From NCBI GenBank assembly GCA_965203805.1, contig OZ241917.1, positions 4,864,001-4,928,000 of the forward strand: a DNA stretch of 64,000 bases, written 5' to 3'. The position numbers were made by a program, and so were the translations under genes. The notes under the pieces are model-generated. The model did no database searches and was not told the origin of the DNA. It saw only the letters and a list, made by a program, of their open reading frames with translations. Every line of letters starts with the position of its first letter. Positions within the stretch are counted from its first letter, which is position 1. Origin of the DNA: Candidatus Latescibacterota bacterium (lineage in GTDB: Bacteria > Latescibacterota > UBA2968 > GCA-2709665). Positions 21,134-31,571 of this stretch are shown in pieces.

Positions 21134-22102
21134 TCAGACTGTCTGGATGAGATATCCCTTTTCCTTATCGACCACGTTCATCAGAGGTTCCTCAGCCAGA
21201 AAGCGCCGCAGGTTCTCCCGGAAGATTCGAAGGATATTCCCGCGTCCCTCGGGAGAGTACCCGGCGGAGTGGGGTGCGAACACGACGTTCGGCATGTCCC
21301 ACAAAGGACTGGAATCCGGCAGCGGTTCCTCTGCGAAGACGTCCAGGCCGGCCCCGGCGATTCGTTTTTCCTGAAGCGCCCGGACCAGGTCGGATTCGTT
21401 GACGATGGGACCGCGTGCGATATTCACCAGAAAGGCCGTTTCTTTCATCCGGCTGAAGCAGGCCGCGTTGATGATGCCATTCGTGTTTGCGGTCAACGGC
21501 AGCGCGACGACGACGTAATCGGCGTCGGCGATTGCGGCCAGCAGCCTGTCGGGCCTGAACAGTCTGCCAATGCCTGCGGGCGGCGTCGCCACCTGGGCGT
21601 CGACAGCGGTCACCGCAAGGCCGAGAGCATCGAGCCGGACCGCGATGCTGCGCCCGATGGATCCCAGGCCGAGCACGCATGCCGTCTTTCCATGGATCTG
21701 AGAGAGCGCCCCGATGTGCCGGTCCCAGACGCGGTCCTTCCGGTCGCGTTCGAAGTGCATGAGTCCCCGCGCATGGGCGAGCATGAAAGCAAGCGCCTGT
21801 TCCGCCATCGCGGCGTCGAAGGCGCCGGCGGTATTGGTAATGACCACGTCGCTCCGGATCATTTCCGGATACAGCATGGTTTCGAATCCCACGCCGATAC
21901 TCTGAACCCACCTGAGTCTCTTCGCCTTCAGAAACGGGTTCCGCGGCAACCGCCCGTAGACGACGTCCGCGTCCGCAATCTCCCGCAGGAGGTCTTCGTC
22001 GGAATGCGCCGCGACCGCCTTCACGCACGGAGAAACGGATTCGAGCTCTTCGCGCCACTCCGTCCAGGGTCCGGCCATAATGATGACTTTAACGGTGTCC
22101 AT
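21134..22102 (-). CDS. D-2-hydroxyacid dehydrogenase
   Basis: GLGSIG, VNIARG, AGLDVFAEEPL, PHSAG. Confidence 0.9.
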   Translation of the reverse strand: MDTVKVIIMAGPWTEWREELESVSPCVKAVAAHSDEDLLREIADADVVYGRLPRNPFLKAKRLRWVQSIGVGFETMLYPEMIRSDVVITNTAGAFDAAMAEQALAFMLAHARGLMHFERDRKDRVWDRHIGALSQIHGKTACVLGLGSIGRSIAVRLDALGLAVTAVDAQVATPPAGIGRLFRPDRLLAAIADADYVVVALPLTANTNGIINAACFSRMKETAFLVNIARGPIVNESDLVRALQEKRIAGAGLDVFAEEPLPDSSPLWDMPNVVFAPHSAGYSPEGRGNILRIFRENLRRFLAEEPLMNVVDKEKGYLIQTV

Positions 22103-22231
22103 CGCAGTCCTTAATGACAGGCAGATGACATTCACGGAAGCAACACGCCGCCGCCGCGCCGAACCGTCCCCGAACGCGGTCGACGCGACGGCCGTGTCGG
22201 GAACGACGGATTTGCGAGCGTGGCGAAACCT

Positions 22232-22260
22232 AGTATATTCCTTTCGGTGGTGCAAGTCAA
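22232..22260 (-). promoter_or_regulatory. Sigma70 promoter for the dehydrogenase/uronate isomerase unit
   Basis: TTGACT-N17-TATACT on the minus strand. Confidence 0.6.
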
Positions 22261-22454
22261 GGATCGAGAGCCGACGACGGTCCGGAACAAGCGCGATGGC
22301 GCCATGGACGGCAACGTTCCGGTTCCATGGCCGTCCGGATTGCTTGACCGGCACGGCAGACGCCTGCGTCAGGGCGCCGTTGCGATCGGTCCGGATCGAA
22401 TCCTGACGTTCAGACTCGAATTGAGCAGATTTCGGAGATTTTTTCAGTCGTCTA

Positions 22455-22482
22455 TTGCCTTTTGACGCGATTTTATTATAAT
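22455..22482 (+). promoter_or_regulatory. Sigma70 promoter for the TonB-dependent receptor
   Basis: TTGCCT-N16-TATAAT in an AT-rich patch. Confidence 0.5.
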
Positions 22483-22597
22483 AGTTATGAGGAATAAGGT
22501 CTGTTGCAATTTGCTACACCAGGTGCGTAATCTCCCGCCGGCCTTGATCTCATCCAAGACGGCGTTTCGCGAAACCCGAAACATAAGGAATTCCGCA

Positions 22598-25249
22598 ATG
22601 ACGTTCTGTTCCAGATTCAAGTTGACGAATCGTGTTTTCAGGTCCGTTGCCCCTACAGTAGCCGCGCTTTTCTTCATGACCGGCGTCGCCGCGTCGCAGG
22701 AGTCCGAGGCCACGGCCGACACCGATTCTTCGGAAATCATCCTCGATGAAATCGTCGAACTCGAAGAACTGGTCGTGATCGGGTCCCGGCGCCCGCGCTC
22801 CGTAACGAAATCGGTCGTGCCCATCGACGTGGTCAGCAGCGAGGATTTCGTCAAGCAGGGCGGCACCGACATGACCGACCTGTTGAGAAACGTGATTCCC
22901 TCCTATAACGTCAACACCCAGCCCATCAGCGACGCCGGAACCGTTGTCCGGCCGCCGAACCTTCGCGGTCTGGCGCCCGACCACGCGCTGGTGCTCGTCA
23001 ACGGCAAACGCCGGCATCGGGCCGCCGTGATCCACTGGCTGGGCAACGGCGTCGCGGACGGCGCGCAGGGCCCCGACCTGACCGCCATACCGGCCATCGC
23101 CCTGAAACGTGTGGAGGTCCTCCGTGACGGCGCCTCGGCGCAGTATGGATCCGATGCGATCGCAGGTGTGCTGGACTTCCGCCTGAAGGACAACAACGAG
23201 GGAATGGCCGCGGATGTGAAGGTGGGAAGTTTTCAGGATGGGGAAGGGAAGTTCCTGGGCGACGGCGAGATGTTCACGGCCGCGTTCAACATCGGTCTGG
23301 GCAATGAGAACACGTGGGCCAACCTCAGCCTGGAATATGGCAATACCGGTGAAACCATCCGTTCCGTGCAGCGCAACGACGCCGCGGGGCTGATTTCGGC
23401 GGGCAATACCGAGGTGGCGAATCCAGCCCAGATCTGGGGCCAGCCATTCGTTCGCGACGACCTGAAAATCTTCGCCAACTACGGCGCCACCCTGGGCGAA
23501 AGCGTCGATTTCTACGGCCACGCGAACTATGCCGACAAGGAAACGGAGGGCGGGTTCTATTTCCGGAATCCACATACCCGCAGCGGTGTGTTCAAAGGGC
23601 CGTTAATCGATCTGGACGGGGACGGCGAGGCCGAGACGCCATCCCTGCTGGTCGGCGATCTGGACGGTGTGGGTCAGGGCAGCGAATGTGCGCCGGTCCC
23701 CATCATTGACAACAGACCCGAACAGAACGCGTGGCTCCAGGTTCGCGACGATCCCAACTGCTTCTCCTTCCTGAAGATGTTTCCAGGGGGATTCACGCCA
23801 CGGTTCGGCGCATTTACCACGGATGAATCCATCCTCATGGGCATCAAAGGAAGTGGGATCGGACAGCAGCCGCTGGCGTCCTGGGATCTGAGCATGTCGT
23901 ACGGACGTCACGAGGCGGACTACTTCATTTTCAATACCGTGAACGCATCCATGGGTCCCGCAACGCCCACGTATTTCGATCCGGGTTCCTACGTCCAGTC
24001 GGACGTCACCGTGGATTTGGGTGTGACCTACCCCGTGAACCCGCAGGTCTTCCTTGCGGCGGGTCTCGAATACCGGAAAGAAACGTTTGAGATCGTCGAG
24101 GGACAGATCGAGTCCTATATTATCGGCCAGCCGCTGGCCAGCCAGGGATTCCAGCCGGCGACGAACGGCTTTTCCGGCTTCAGCAAAGTGGCCGCCGGCA
24201 GGTGGTCGAGACCGAACATCGCGGTATACGCGGAAGGGGACATTCAGCCCTCGGACCGGGCGTCATTTTCCCTTGCTCTGCGCCAGGAGCGTTTCGACGA
24301 ATTGAAAACGTTGTCGAATACTCCGCCGTTGTCATCCGAGACGTACAATTCCAGCAACTACAAGGCTGCTTTCAACATAGGCTTAACCGAGGACGCCAGG
24401 GTGCGCGGCAGTTACAGCACCGGCTTCAGGGCGCCCACGCCGGGCCAGCAGAGCGCCTTCAACATCACCACCGAGTTCAACTTCGAGAAGAACGACCTGG
24501 TGAACAACGGAACGGTCCCCTCCACAAGCCGGGCGGCCGCGTTGAAAGGGGCAAAGCCTCTGGTGCCCGAGAAGTCCAAAAACCTCTCTCTGGGTGTCGT
24601 CCTGGATATGGGCAATGCAAGCATGACGGTCGATTACTTCGACATCAGGGTGAACGACCGCCTGACGGTTTCGCAGGACTTTGCGCTTACTGATCCTGAG
24701 AGGGAGCAACTCATCCGGGAGGGCCTCACCAGCGCGGCAGGGCTGCAGGAATTCCGCTTCTTCACCAACGACTTTAACTCCAAGACCCAGGGCATCGACG
24801 TGGTAATTTCCGTTCCGGTAGGGCTGGGCGCGATGAACGTCGCATACAACTACACGGGTACGAAGGTTACGGAACACAATCCGGAAATTCTGGACGATCT
24901 CCGGCTCAGGGAACTGGAGGAAAACCTTCCCAAGCAGCGCGGGAACCTGACCCTGACCCAGACGCTCACGAGCCGCTGGGACGTGCTGGGCCGCATCAAC
25001 TATTTCGGCAAATGGTACGACTCCGAAGACGACCAGGTGTACAGCGGCAAGGTCCTGATCGACGCCGAGACCAGCGTCTCGTTCGACGACTACAGGTCTA
25101 CGATCGCAATCGGCGCGCAGAACATCCTCAATACCTATCCCGACGAGCACGAGTTGGCCCGGGACAGGACGGGCAACAGGTACAGCCAGTTCAGCCCGTT
25201 CGGTTTCGGCGGCGCGTTCTGGTACGCGAAATACAGCTTTAACTATTAG
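22598..25249 (+). CDS. TonB-dependent receptor
   Basis: TonB box EELVVIGSR, plug LRGLAPDHALVLVNGKRRH, VEVLRDGASAQYGSDAIAGV, aromatic C-terminus YSFNY. Confidence 0.92.
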   Translation: MTFCSRFKLTNRVFRSVAPTVAALFFMTGVAASQESEATADTDSSEIILDEIVELEELVVIGSRRPRSVTKSVVPIDVVSSEDFVKQGGTDMTDLLRNVIPSYNVNTQPISDAGTVVRPPNLRGLAPDHALVLVNGKRRHRAAVIHWLGNGVADGAQGPDLTAIPAIALKRVEVLRDGASAQYGSDAIAGVLDFRLKDNNEGMAADVKVGSFQDGEGKFLGDGEMFTAAFNIGLGNENTWANLSLEYGNTGETIRSVQRNDAAGLISAGNTEVANPAQIWGQPFVRDDLKIFANYGATLGESVDFYGHANYADKETEGGFYFRNPHTRSGVFKGPLIDLDGDGEAETPSLLVGDLDGVGQGSECAPVPIIDNRPEQNAWLQVRDDPNCFSFLKMFPGGFTPRFGAFTTDESILMGIKGSGIGQQPLASWDLSMSYGRHEADYFIFNTVNASMGPATPTYFDPGSYVQSDVTVDLGVTYPVNPQVFLAAGLEYRKETFEIVEGQIESYIIGQPLASQGFQPATNGFSGFSKVAAGRWSRPNIAVYAEGDIQPSDRASFSLALRQERFDELKTLSNTPPLSSETYNSSNYKAAFNIGLTEDARVRGSYSTGFRAPTPGQQSAFNITTEFNFEKNDLVNNGTVPSTSRAAALKGAKPLVPEKSKNLSLGVVLDMGNASMTVDYFDIRVNDRLTVSQDFALTDPEREQLIREGLTSAAGLQEFRFFTNDFNSKTQGIDVVISVPVGLGAMNVAYNYTGTKVTEHNPEILDDLRLRELEENLPKQRGNLTLTQTLTSRWDVLGRINYFGKWYDSEDDQVYSGKVLIDAETSVSFDDYRSTIAIGAQNILNTYPDEHELARDRTGNRYSQFSPFGFGGAFWYAKYSFNY

Positions 25250-25305
25250 ACTTCATCGGCCCGCCCCATGCAAAAACGGGTGGCGCGCGTCGATTCGCAC
25301 AGAAG

Positions 25306-25346
25306 AAAACGCAACGGCTGGATGTATGGCCGTTGCGTTTTTTTTA
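25306..25346. terminator. Bidirectional intrinsic terminator
   Basis: AAAACGCAACGGC-N10-GCCGTTGCGTTTTTTTT between convergent genes. Confidence 0.8.
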
Positions 25347-25373
25347 TGGTCGGTTGGCGTGTCGGGGCTTGAC

Positions 25374-26153
25374 TTATCGGTAGAACACGGGGCAGTATTC
25401 CTTGTTATGAATGAACTTGGCCAGGGTGCCCTCGGGTTGGCCGGCGGGGTGCGATTTCTCCGTGCGCATGTGGATGGCGAAACTCCGCCTGGGCGCTCCG
25501 GAGTGGTTGGGACGGCTTCCGTGGAAGGTGAGACAGTGGTGGAACGAAACGCCGCCGGGTGGAAGGATGGCCTCGACCTCCCGCCACGTCTCGCCGGAGG
25601 GAAGGGTGATCTGCTCGCGCTGCATTTCGATGTCGTCGAAGTAGAAGGCGCCCTGATTGAGCAGACCCCACTTGTGGGAGCCCTGAACAAAGGCCATGGG
25701 GCCCGTGTCTGCCGCGACGTCGGATACGGCAACCCAGGCGGTGAATAACTCGCTGCCCTCCCGCCATGCCTTCCAGTACTGCCTGTCCTGGTGCCAGCCG
25801 ACGCTGACGCCGGATCCTGAATCCGACGTTGCAGGCGGCTTGGAAAGGAGCTGGACCCACCACACCTGCACCTTTTCCGCCCCGGTGACATCCGCGGCAA
25901 GCCTGCCGAGGTCGGGGTGGCTGACAAGCTCCATTATCGCACGGTTGGCAAGCTGGGGCATTTCCACCTTGCCCAGCTTGTTGGGGTCGTCCCCGGGATT
26001 CCAATAGGAAGGCTGTGGAGGAATGCCGGTCTCGTATCGTCCTGCCAGCACGTCATCCATGCCGTCCATGACGCGGCGGATCAGGTCAACGGGAATCACC
26101 GGACGCGGATGGATGACGTATCCGTCCCTCAGGTAATCTTCGTGGCGAGCCAT
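25374..26153 (-). CDS. Phytanoyl-CoA dioxygenase (PhyH) family protein
   Basis: WHQD, TAWVA, GSHKW, FHHCLTFHGS. Confidence 0.9.
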   Translation of the reverse strand: MARHEDYLRDGYVIHPRPVIPVDLIRRVMDGMDDVLAGRYETGIPPQPSYWNPGDDPNKLGKVEMPQLANRAIMELVSHPDLGRLAADVTGAEKVQVWWVQLLSKPPATSDSGSGVSVGWHQDRQYWKAWREGSELFTAWVAVSDVAADTGPMAFVQGSHKWGLLNQGAFYFDDIEMQREQITLPSGETWREVEAILPPGGVSFHHCLTFHGSRPNHSGAPRRSFAIHMRTEKSHPAGQPEGTLAKFIHNKEYCPVFYR

Positions 26154-26182
26154 GAGGCGTTCCCTTATGTTTCTTCGTGATC

Positions 26183-27820
26183 TTACCAGGCCGCGGCATA
26201 TCCGTCCCGGCGAGGGTCCGACCCGCCGATGAGCGTGTTGGTTTCCGGGAGCATGCGGATGGCCTGGGCGCTGCCGGGGCCGTCCCAGTCACCCAAAATG
26301 CGGAGGTCGTGACCCCGGCGTGCGAGCCCCTCGCGGACGTTTTCGGAAAACCTGCCTTCCAGTTGAAGGACATCCTCGCAGGTGTGCGGAACCGTGGACT
26401 CCATCGGGTTCTGCAGACTGCGCCATCGGGGCGCCTCCACGGCTTCCTGCGGGGTCATGCCGAAGTCCAGAATATGCGTAATGAGCTGGAGATTGGTCTG
26501 TACCTGGGTGTCCGCGCCGGGCGTGCCGCACACGAGCACGGCCCTGTTGTCTCGCGTGACGATGACCGGGTTCATGGTATGCCGCACCCGTTTCCCGGGC
26601 ATGAGACAGTTGGGGTGGTCCGCTTCCAGGTGCCAGTACGTCATGCGGTTATTGAGAAGGATGCCCGTGTTTCCCGCGAGAAGTCCGGATCCGAATCCGG
26701 ACTGAATGGACTGCAGCACGCAGACGGCGTTTCCCCACCGGTCCGCCGTGCAGAAGCACGTGGTGTCCTCGTGGGACTCGGGCCTGCCGGCGGGGACGTC
26801 GTTGGCCGCGCGGTCCAGGTCGATGCGCCGCGCCTGTTCTTCCCCGTAGGACTTGGAGAGGAGGCCCGCGAGCGGAATATCCAGCCAGTCGGGATCGGCG
26901 ACGTAGGCTTCCCGGTCTGAAAACGCCAGCTTCTTGGCCTCGACCATCAGATGGACGCACTCGGCCGTGTTGCAGCCGAGGGACTGAAGATCGAAGCGCT
27001 CGACGATATTGAGCTCCTGGAGCAGGATGTGGCCGCTGGAATTGGGCGGCATCTCATACACGGTGTGGCCGCGGTACGTGGTGTGAATGGGGTCCGCCCA
27101 GCCGGCCCGGTGGTTCGCCAGGTCTTCCATGGCGAGCAGACCGCCCCTGGAATGGTTGAAGGCGACAATGGCTTCCGCGATGTCTCCCTCGTACAGGGCC
27201 GCACGGCCATCCGCGGCGACCCGGCGCAACGTGGCGCCCAAGTCGTTCTGACGAAGGACGTCGCCCGCGGCGATGGGCTGTCCCTGCTTTGTGAACACGT
27301 CGCGCGTGAAGGGGTCCGAGGCGAAGTTCGCGGTCCTGGCGCGCAGGCTGCCGGACAATTTGTGGCTGACGGGAAATCCCTCTTCACAGAGGGAGATGGC
27401 GGGTTCCAGGACCCGTTCGAGACCGAGAATTCCATGGCGCTCGTGGGCGGCGAGCCAGCCGTCCACGAGGCCGGGGACGGAAACGCTCAGAATGCCCCTC
27501 ATGGGTATTCCGCCCCGTTCCAGATAGAACTCCCGGGTTGCGGCGCGCGGCGCGGCGCCGGTTGCATTGACGGCCGAGACCTCCCCGGTATCGGCCATGT
27601 AAATAAGCAGATAGCCGTCACCGCCCACGCCCGACGCGGCGGGTTCGACCACGCCCAGCGCGGCGGCGGTGGCGACGGCGGCGTCGATGGCGTTGCCGCC
27701 GGCCATCAGCGTGGTGACGCCGGCCTGGGATGCCAGGGGATGGCCTGAAGCGACGAGCCCGTTGTTTCCCATCACCGACGGGCGGAAGGCGTGGTGGCCG
27801 ATGCCGTGAGGCGATTGCAT
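26183..27820 (-). CDS. ggt: Gamma-glutamyltransferase family protein
   Basis: GGNAIDAAVA, EPAASGVGGD, VPG.VDG, DTT nucleophile, FGSG, GTPG, DPRRDG. Confidence 0.9.
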   Translation of the reverse strand: MQSPHGIGHHAFRPSVMGNNGLVASGHPLASQAGVTTLMAGGNAIDAAVATAAALGVVEPAASGVGGDGYLLIYMADTGEVSAVNATGAAPRAATREFYLERGGIPMRGILSVSVPGLVDGWLAAHERHGILGLERVLEPAISLCEEGFPVSHKLSGSLRARTANFASDPFTRDVFTKQGQPIAAGDVLRQNDLGATLRRVAADGRAALYEGDIAEAIVAFNHSRGGLLAMEDLANHRAGWADPIHTTYRGHTVYEMPPNSSGHILLQELNIVERFDLQSLGCNTAECVHLMVEAKKLAFSDREAYVADPDWLDIPLAGLLSKSYGEEQARRIDLDRAANDVPAGRPESHEDTTCFCTADRWGNAVCVLQSIQSGFGSGLLAGNTGILLNNRMTYWHLEADHPNCLMPGKRVRHTMNPVIVTRDNRAVLVCGTPGADTQVQTNLQLITHILDFGMTPQEAVEAPRWRSLQNPMESTVPHTCEDVLQLEGRFSENVREGLARRGHDLRILGDWDGPGSAQAIRMLPETNTLIGGSDPRRDGYAAAW

Positions 27821-27835
27821 GGCGTTCTCCGTGAG

Positions 27836-29119
27836 TCAGCGCTGGAAACGGAACATCCGGGAATACGGCGCCGGATCGAGGAAAATGCCGCCGCTGTGCC
27901 GGTAGTAATCCTCGTCGAGGACGAATGCGCCGGAGCTGGGCGTGAGCCACGACGCGTTGGCGGTGGGATAATCGGCAAGCAGTTCGGCCCAGTTGCCGTA
28001 GTTTTCCGGCCCGTTGGATTCGATCAGCCCGCCTCTGATTCCCGGGAATGCGGGCAAGCGGGCCGCGACGTTCTTGTTCCACTCCACCAGGAGGGGAATG
28101 CATCCGTTGTCGGCCACGAAGCACGGCACGCCGGCTTTCGCCGCGGCGCGCACCATCCGGAACGCCAGCGATAGCGTTTTTCCCGCGGGTTTGATGGCAA
28201 TCGCGCCGTACCCCTGGCTGGTCCGTGTGCGCACGTCCTCAACGGTCTGCACGCTCTCGTCGGCCGCGAACCGGGCCGGAAGGTCGGCGACGTCGATCCC
28301 TTCGGGATTTCGAAACGGCTCTTCGATGATAACGATGTGTTCGTGAATACCGGCCTTGCGCGCGTGGTCCAGCAGGCGGGCCATGGATTCCTTCTTCTCG
28401 TATCGACCGTTTGCGTCGAGATAGTAGACGACGTTCCCGGAATGCGTCATCGGGGTATCGTACGTTGCGGCGAGGCCATGGATGCGGTCGAGCCACGCGA
28501 TGTCCTTCCGCAACATATCGGACTCCTCGCCGGGTTGCCCGATCTTGATTTTCAGAATGTAGACGCCCGTGTCCAGGATGTCCCGCAGTTCGTCCATGGG
28601 CATTCCATAGCCAACGGCCGGGGCCACCCCGAGGCGGGTCTGGCGGCTCGTAAGATGCGGTCGGTACGCGCGAGGTATGAGGTTGTCGAAGGCTGCGATC
28701 CCGTTACGCTTCGCATGGAGCATCCACGCGGCGTTGTCCATGGCCACCAGGGCGATGAGTGTAAAGGTGAGCCGCAAGTTCGGGTTGCCCGTGACGGTTC
28801 TGCCGTAGTCGTGCGCCTGCGGGACGAGTTCAGACATCATCGCGGGCGGGTCCGCGAATTCCCGGTCCACCGCCCGTTGAAGCGCGAATTCCAGAACCGA
28901 GGACATGAGGATATTACCGCCGACTTCGGTGTGGTTCGAAAACACGTCGGGGTCGGACCAGAGCACGGCCGTGCCGCCCACGCCCACCGCTTCGTTATCG
29001 TCTTCGTCTCTCAAGCGTACGACCAGGTTCCACTTCTCGTGGAAAGCCGCGCCCTTGAACGCGAACGGCCTGGCGAAAGGCTGACGCTGCAATTCCAGGT
29101 CAGCGTGGACGATGCGCAT
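27836..29119 (-). CDS. Enolase-superfamily enzyme (dipeptide-epimerase-like)
   Basis: KIKIG, YLDAN, IEEP, ADES, IKP. Confidence 0.75.
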   Translation of the reverse strand: MRIVHADLELQRQPFARPFAFKGAAFHEKWNLVVRLRDEDDNEAVGVGGTAVLWSDPDVFSNHTEVGGNILMSSVLEFALQRAVDREFADPPAMMSELVPQAHDYGRTVTGNPNLRLTFTLIALVAMDNAAWMLHAKRNGIAAFDNLIPRAYRPHLTSRQTRLGVAPAVGYGMPMDELRDILDTGVYILKIKIGQPGEESDMLRKDIAWLDRIHGLAATYDTPMTHSGNVVYYLDANGRYEKKESMARLLDHARKAGIHEHIVIIEEPFRNPEGIDVADLPARFAADESVQTVEDVRTRTSQGYGAIAIKPAGKTLSLAFRMVRAAAKAGVPCFVADNGCIPLLVEWNKNVAARLPAFPGIRGGLIESNGPENYGNWAELLADYPTANASWLTPSSGAFVLDEDYYRHSGGIFLDPAPYSRMFRFQR

Positions 29120-29126
29120 GCGCGCC

Positions 29127-30137
29127 TCACTCCCAGCGGGTGAGGTCCAGGAGGACGCCCAGCCAGGCGTTTTTTTCCTCCAGCAGGCCCCGGTAGGCCG
29201 TGGCGGCGCTGGAAGCCGGCAGGACGTGGGTGAGCAGTGGGGCGACCTTCAGGCGCTCCCGGGCGATAAAGTCCAGCATAAGGTCGTCGGGATCCGGGTC
29301 GCCGAACTGCGCCGCGTCGGCCTGCCTGGAGCCATGCGCGCCAATCACGGACACGCCGGTGCGGTGAAGGTCGAAATAGAGGTCGATTTCGGCGCTGCCC
29401 CGCGGGCTTCCCAACAGGACGACCTGACCCATCTGCGCGGCGGCCCTGATGGCATGCGGGGCCACATCCGGGTTGCCCGTGGCCTCGACCACGACCTGGC
29501 AGCCCGCGCCGTTCGTCAGGGCATCAATGCAATCTCCAACGCCCTCCGCGGCCGGATTGATACAGGCCTCGACGCCGCAGGCCTTCGAGACGGCCAGTCG
29601 TTCGGGGACGGTATCGATGCCGATGACCCGGCGGGCGCCCGAAAGCCCCATCAATTGTGCGGCCAGGTTGCCGACGAGACCCTGGCCGAACACGGCGACC
29701 GTATGGCCGAGACGGACGTCGGACAGGCGCACGGCCGTAAGCGCGATCTTCGCGATGACCGCGAACGGCGCCCGTTCCAGCGCCAGGTTCTCCGGGAGCT
29801 TGAGCAGCGACCGGCCTGAAGCGATCAGCGCGTGCGAGGCGTGCTTTCCGCGCACGTAGACCAGGTCGCCTTCGCCCACGGCGTCCACGTCGCGGCCGGC
29901 AAGCAGTACGCGCCCGACGGAAGCGTAACCCGGGTAAAAGGGATATTTGGCGTATGTGAAGTCCGGAAGCGGGAAACCCACGTGCGTCTGCGTGAACATC
30001 GCCAGTTCGGTGCCGGGGCTGATCAGACCGTAGAGGTTTTCGACCAGGACTTCGGCGGGTCCAGGAGTGTCCCGGACCTCGACGTCGACGGTTTCCACGT
30101 TCATTCTTTCCGGAAAAACAAGCTGTCTGGCCTTCAT
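29127..30137 (-). CDS. MDR/zinc-binding alcohol dehydrogenase family
   Basis: ISPGTE, PGYASVG, GQGLVG, VEATG. Confidence 0.85.
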   Translation of the reverse strand: MKARQLVFPERMNVETVDVEVRDTPGPAEVLVENLYGLISPGTELAMFTQTHVGFPLPDFTYAKYPFYPGYASVGRVLLAGRDVDAVGEGDLVYVRGKHASHALIASGRSLLKLPENLALERAPFAVIAKIALTAVRLSDVRLGHTVAVFGQGLVGNLAAQLMGLSGARRVIGIDTVPERLAVSKACGVEACINPAAEGVGDCIDALTNGAGCQVVVEATGNPDVAPHAIRAAAQMGQVVLLGSPRGSAEIDLYFDLHRTGVSVIGAHGSRQADAAQFGDPDPDDLMLDFIARERLKVAPLLTHVLPASSAATAYRGLLEEKNAWLGVLLDLTRWE

Positions 30138-30196
30138 GACGAATCCTCAGTGATTCGTGCCCGGGTTCCAGGGCTCCCTGGCGGATCGCTCTCGCG

Positions 30197-31549
30197 TCAG
30201 TGTCCCAGTCCGATACCGGTCAGGCGGGATGTCTCCACAGACCCTTCGGTGATGTCGAAGGCTTCGGGAAACCGGTCCGCCCAGATACCGTTCGCATCCG
30301 GGCAGTATTGCCGCGCGTTGCCCTCGATGGCCGTCACAGAGGGGACGCGCGCGGCCAGGCCCGCGGAGTGCAGAAACGAGGCTCCCGGGCAGGTGAGGTC
30401 CTGGACGCAGAGAAACATGCCGTATTTTTCGGCGGCGGCGCCCATCAACAGGGCCTGCGACTGCCCCTTGCAGGTTTTGAGCGCCACGCCGGAATAGCCG
30501 AGGTCACGGGCGAGCAGCAGGCTCTCGAAATCCTCCAGCGACTCGTCAATTACCACGGGACGGATCCTGGCGGCTTCGTGCATTCTGTTTTCCGGGTTCG
30601 CCCGGAGATCGCGGGCGGTGGGTTGCTCGATGTAAGCCACGCGTTCGAGGGCGCCGCCGCTCTTTTCCTCCATTTGCGCCAGGAAATCCAGAAGATAGCC
30701 CACGTCGCGGCATTGTTCGTTGAAGTCGAGGGAGTATGCCCAGTCGGAAACGGACCGTTCGGCCTGTGTCCGGGAGGTGACGGCGTGGATGTCGCAGACG
30801 CGGGCGACGTCCCACGCGAGGTCGTCGCCGTTGAGTTTGATTTTGAGGTGGGTCAGGCCGTCCGCGCGGATCCACTCCGAGAGGGTCTCGGGCAGGCCGT
30901 CGTCCAGGCGCTGATCGACGTCCGCGTCCGTGAGCGGGTCCAGGGCGCCCACGAGGTGGTAGAGCGGCATTCGCGGCGTGGGGTTCCGGAGGGTGTACCG
31001 GTCCAGGTATTCGCCGCTGAAGTCCTCGTTGAGATAACGGGCCAGGTCGTGGTTCATCCACCGGTCGGACAGGCCGTCGTACGCGTTGATCCGATTGACC
31101 TTGCCGAAGGCGTCGTGCAGCGCGGCGTCGATCGGGCTGGCAGTAACGAGGGTACAGAGTTTGGGAATCGGTTCCGCCAGGTCCAGGTCCGCACCGGTTT
31201 CCGCGGCAAGATCGAGAAACCGCGATTCCAGGTCCTCCATCATGTCGACGGGATGCCCGCTATCCCCGTAGGTGCGGGTGAAAGCGGCCATGCGCTCGCC
31301 CAGTCGGACCATCGCCTGCATCGAATCGTCGAAGCCGACGGTCTGAGAGGGAAAGGACCAGGCGTTCCCCAGTGGCATGGACCCGAAACCGGACGCCCTC
31401 TCGCCGGCGCCGTTCTCCACGTCGACGGTCACGTTCAAGAGTTTGCAATGCGTCGTGACCACGCCGCCGAATTTAAGGGGGGTACGGTAGGGGTATGCCT
31501 CGAAGTCGAGTTCTACGTTGAGGATTCGGATATCCGAGGGCTTTGGCAT
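30197..31549 (-). CDS. Mandelate racemase/muconate lactonizing enzyme family protein
   Basis: YRTPLKFGG, KIKLNG, LDFNE, IEQP, IDES, LKTCK. Confidence 0.8.
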   Translation of the reverse strand: MPKPSDIRILNVELDFEAYPYRTPLKFGGVVTTHCKLLNVTVDVENGAGERASGFGSMPLGNAWSFPSQTVGFDDSMQAMVRLGERMAAFTRTYGDSGHPVDMMEDLESRFLDLAAETGADLDLAEPIPKLCTLVTASPIDAALHDAFGKVNRINAYDGLSDRWMNHDLARYLNEDFSGEYLDRYTLRNPTPRMPLYHLVGALDPLTDADVDQRLDDGLPETLSEWIRADGLTHLKIKLNGDDLAWDVARVCDIHAVTSRTQAERSVSDWAYSLDFNEQCRDVGYLLDFLAQMEEKSGGALERVAYIEQPTARDLRANPENRMHEAARIRPVVIDESLEDFESLLLARDLGYSGVALKTCKGQSQALLMGAAAEKYGMFLCVQDLTCPGASFLHSAGLAARVPSVTAIEGNARQYCPDANGIWADRFPEAFDITEGSVETSRLTGIGLGH

Positions 31550-31571
31550 CGTCGCTCCATTCTGCGGGTCT

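Noticed and set aside
22103-22597. Riboswitch (cobalamin/TPP) upstream of the TonB receptor
   Set aside because: No conserved aptamer motifs recognised; divergent promoters explain much of the region.
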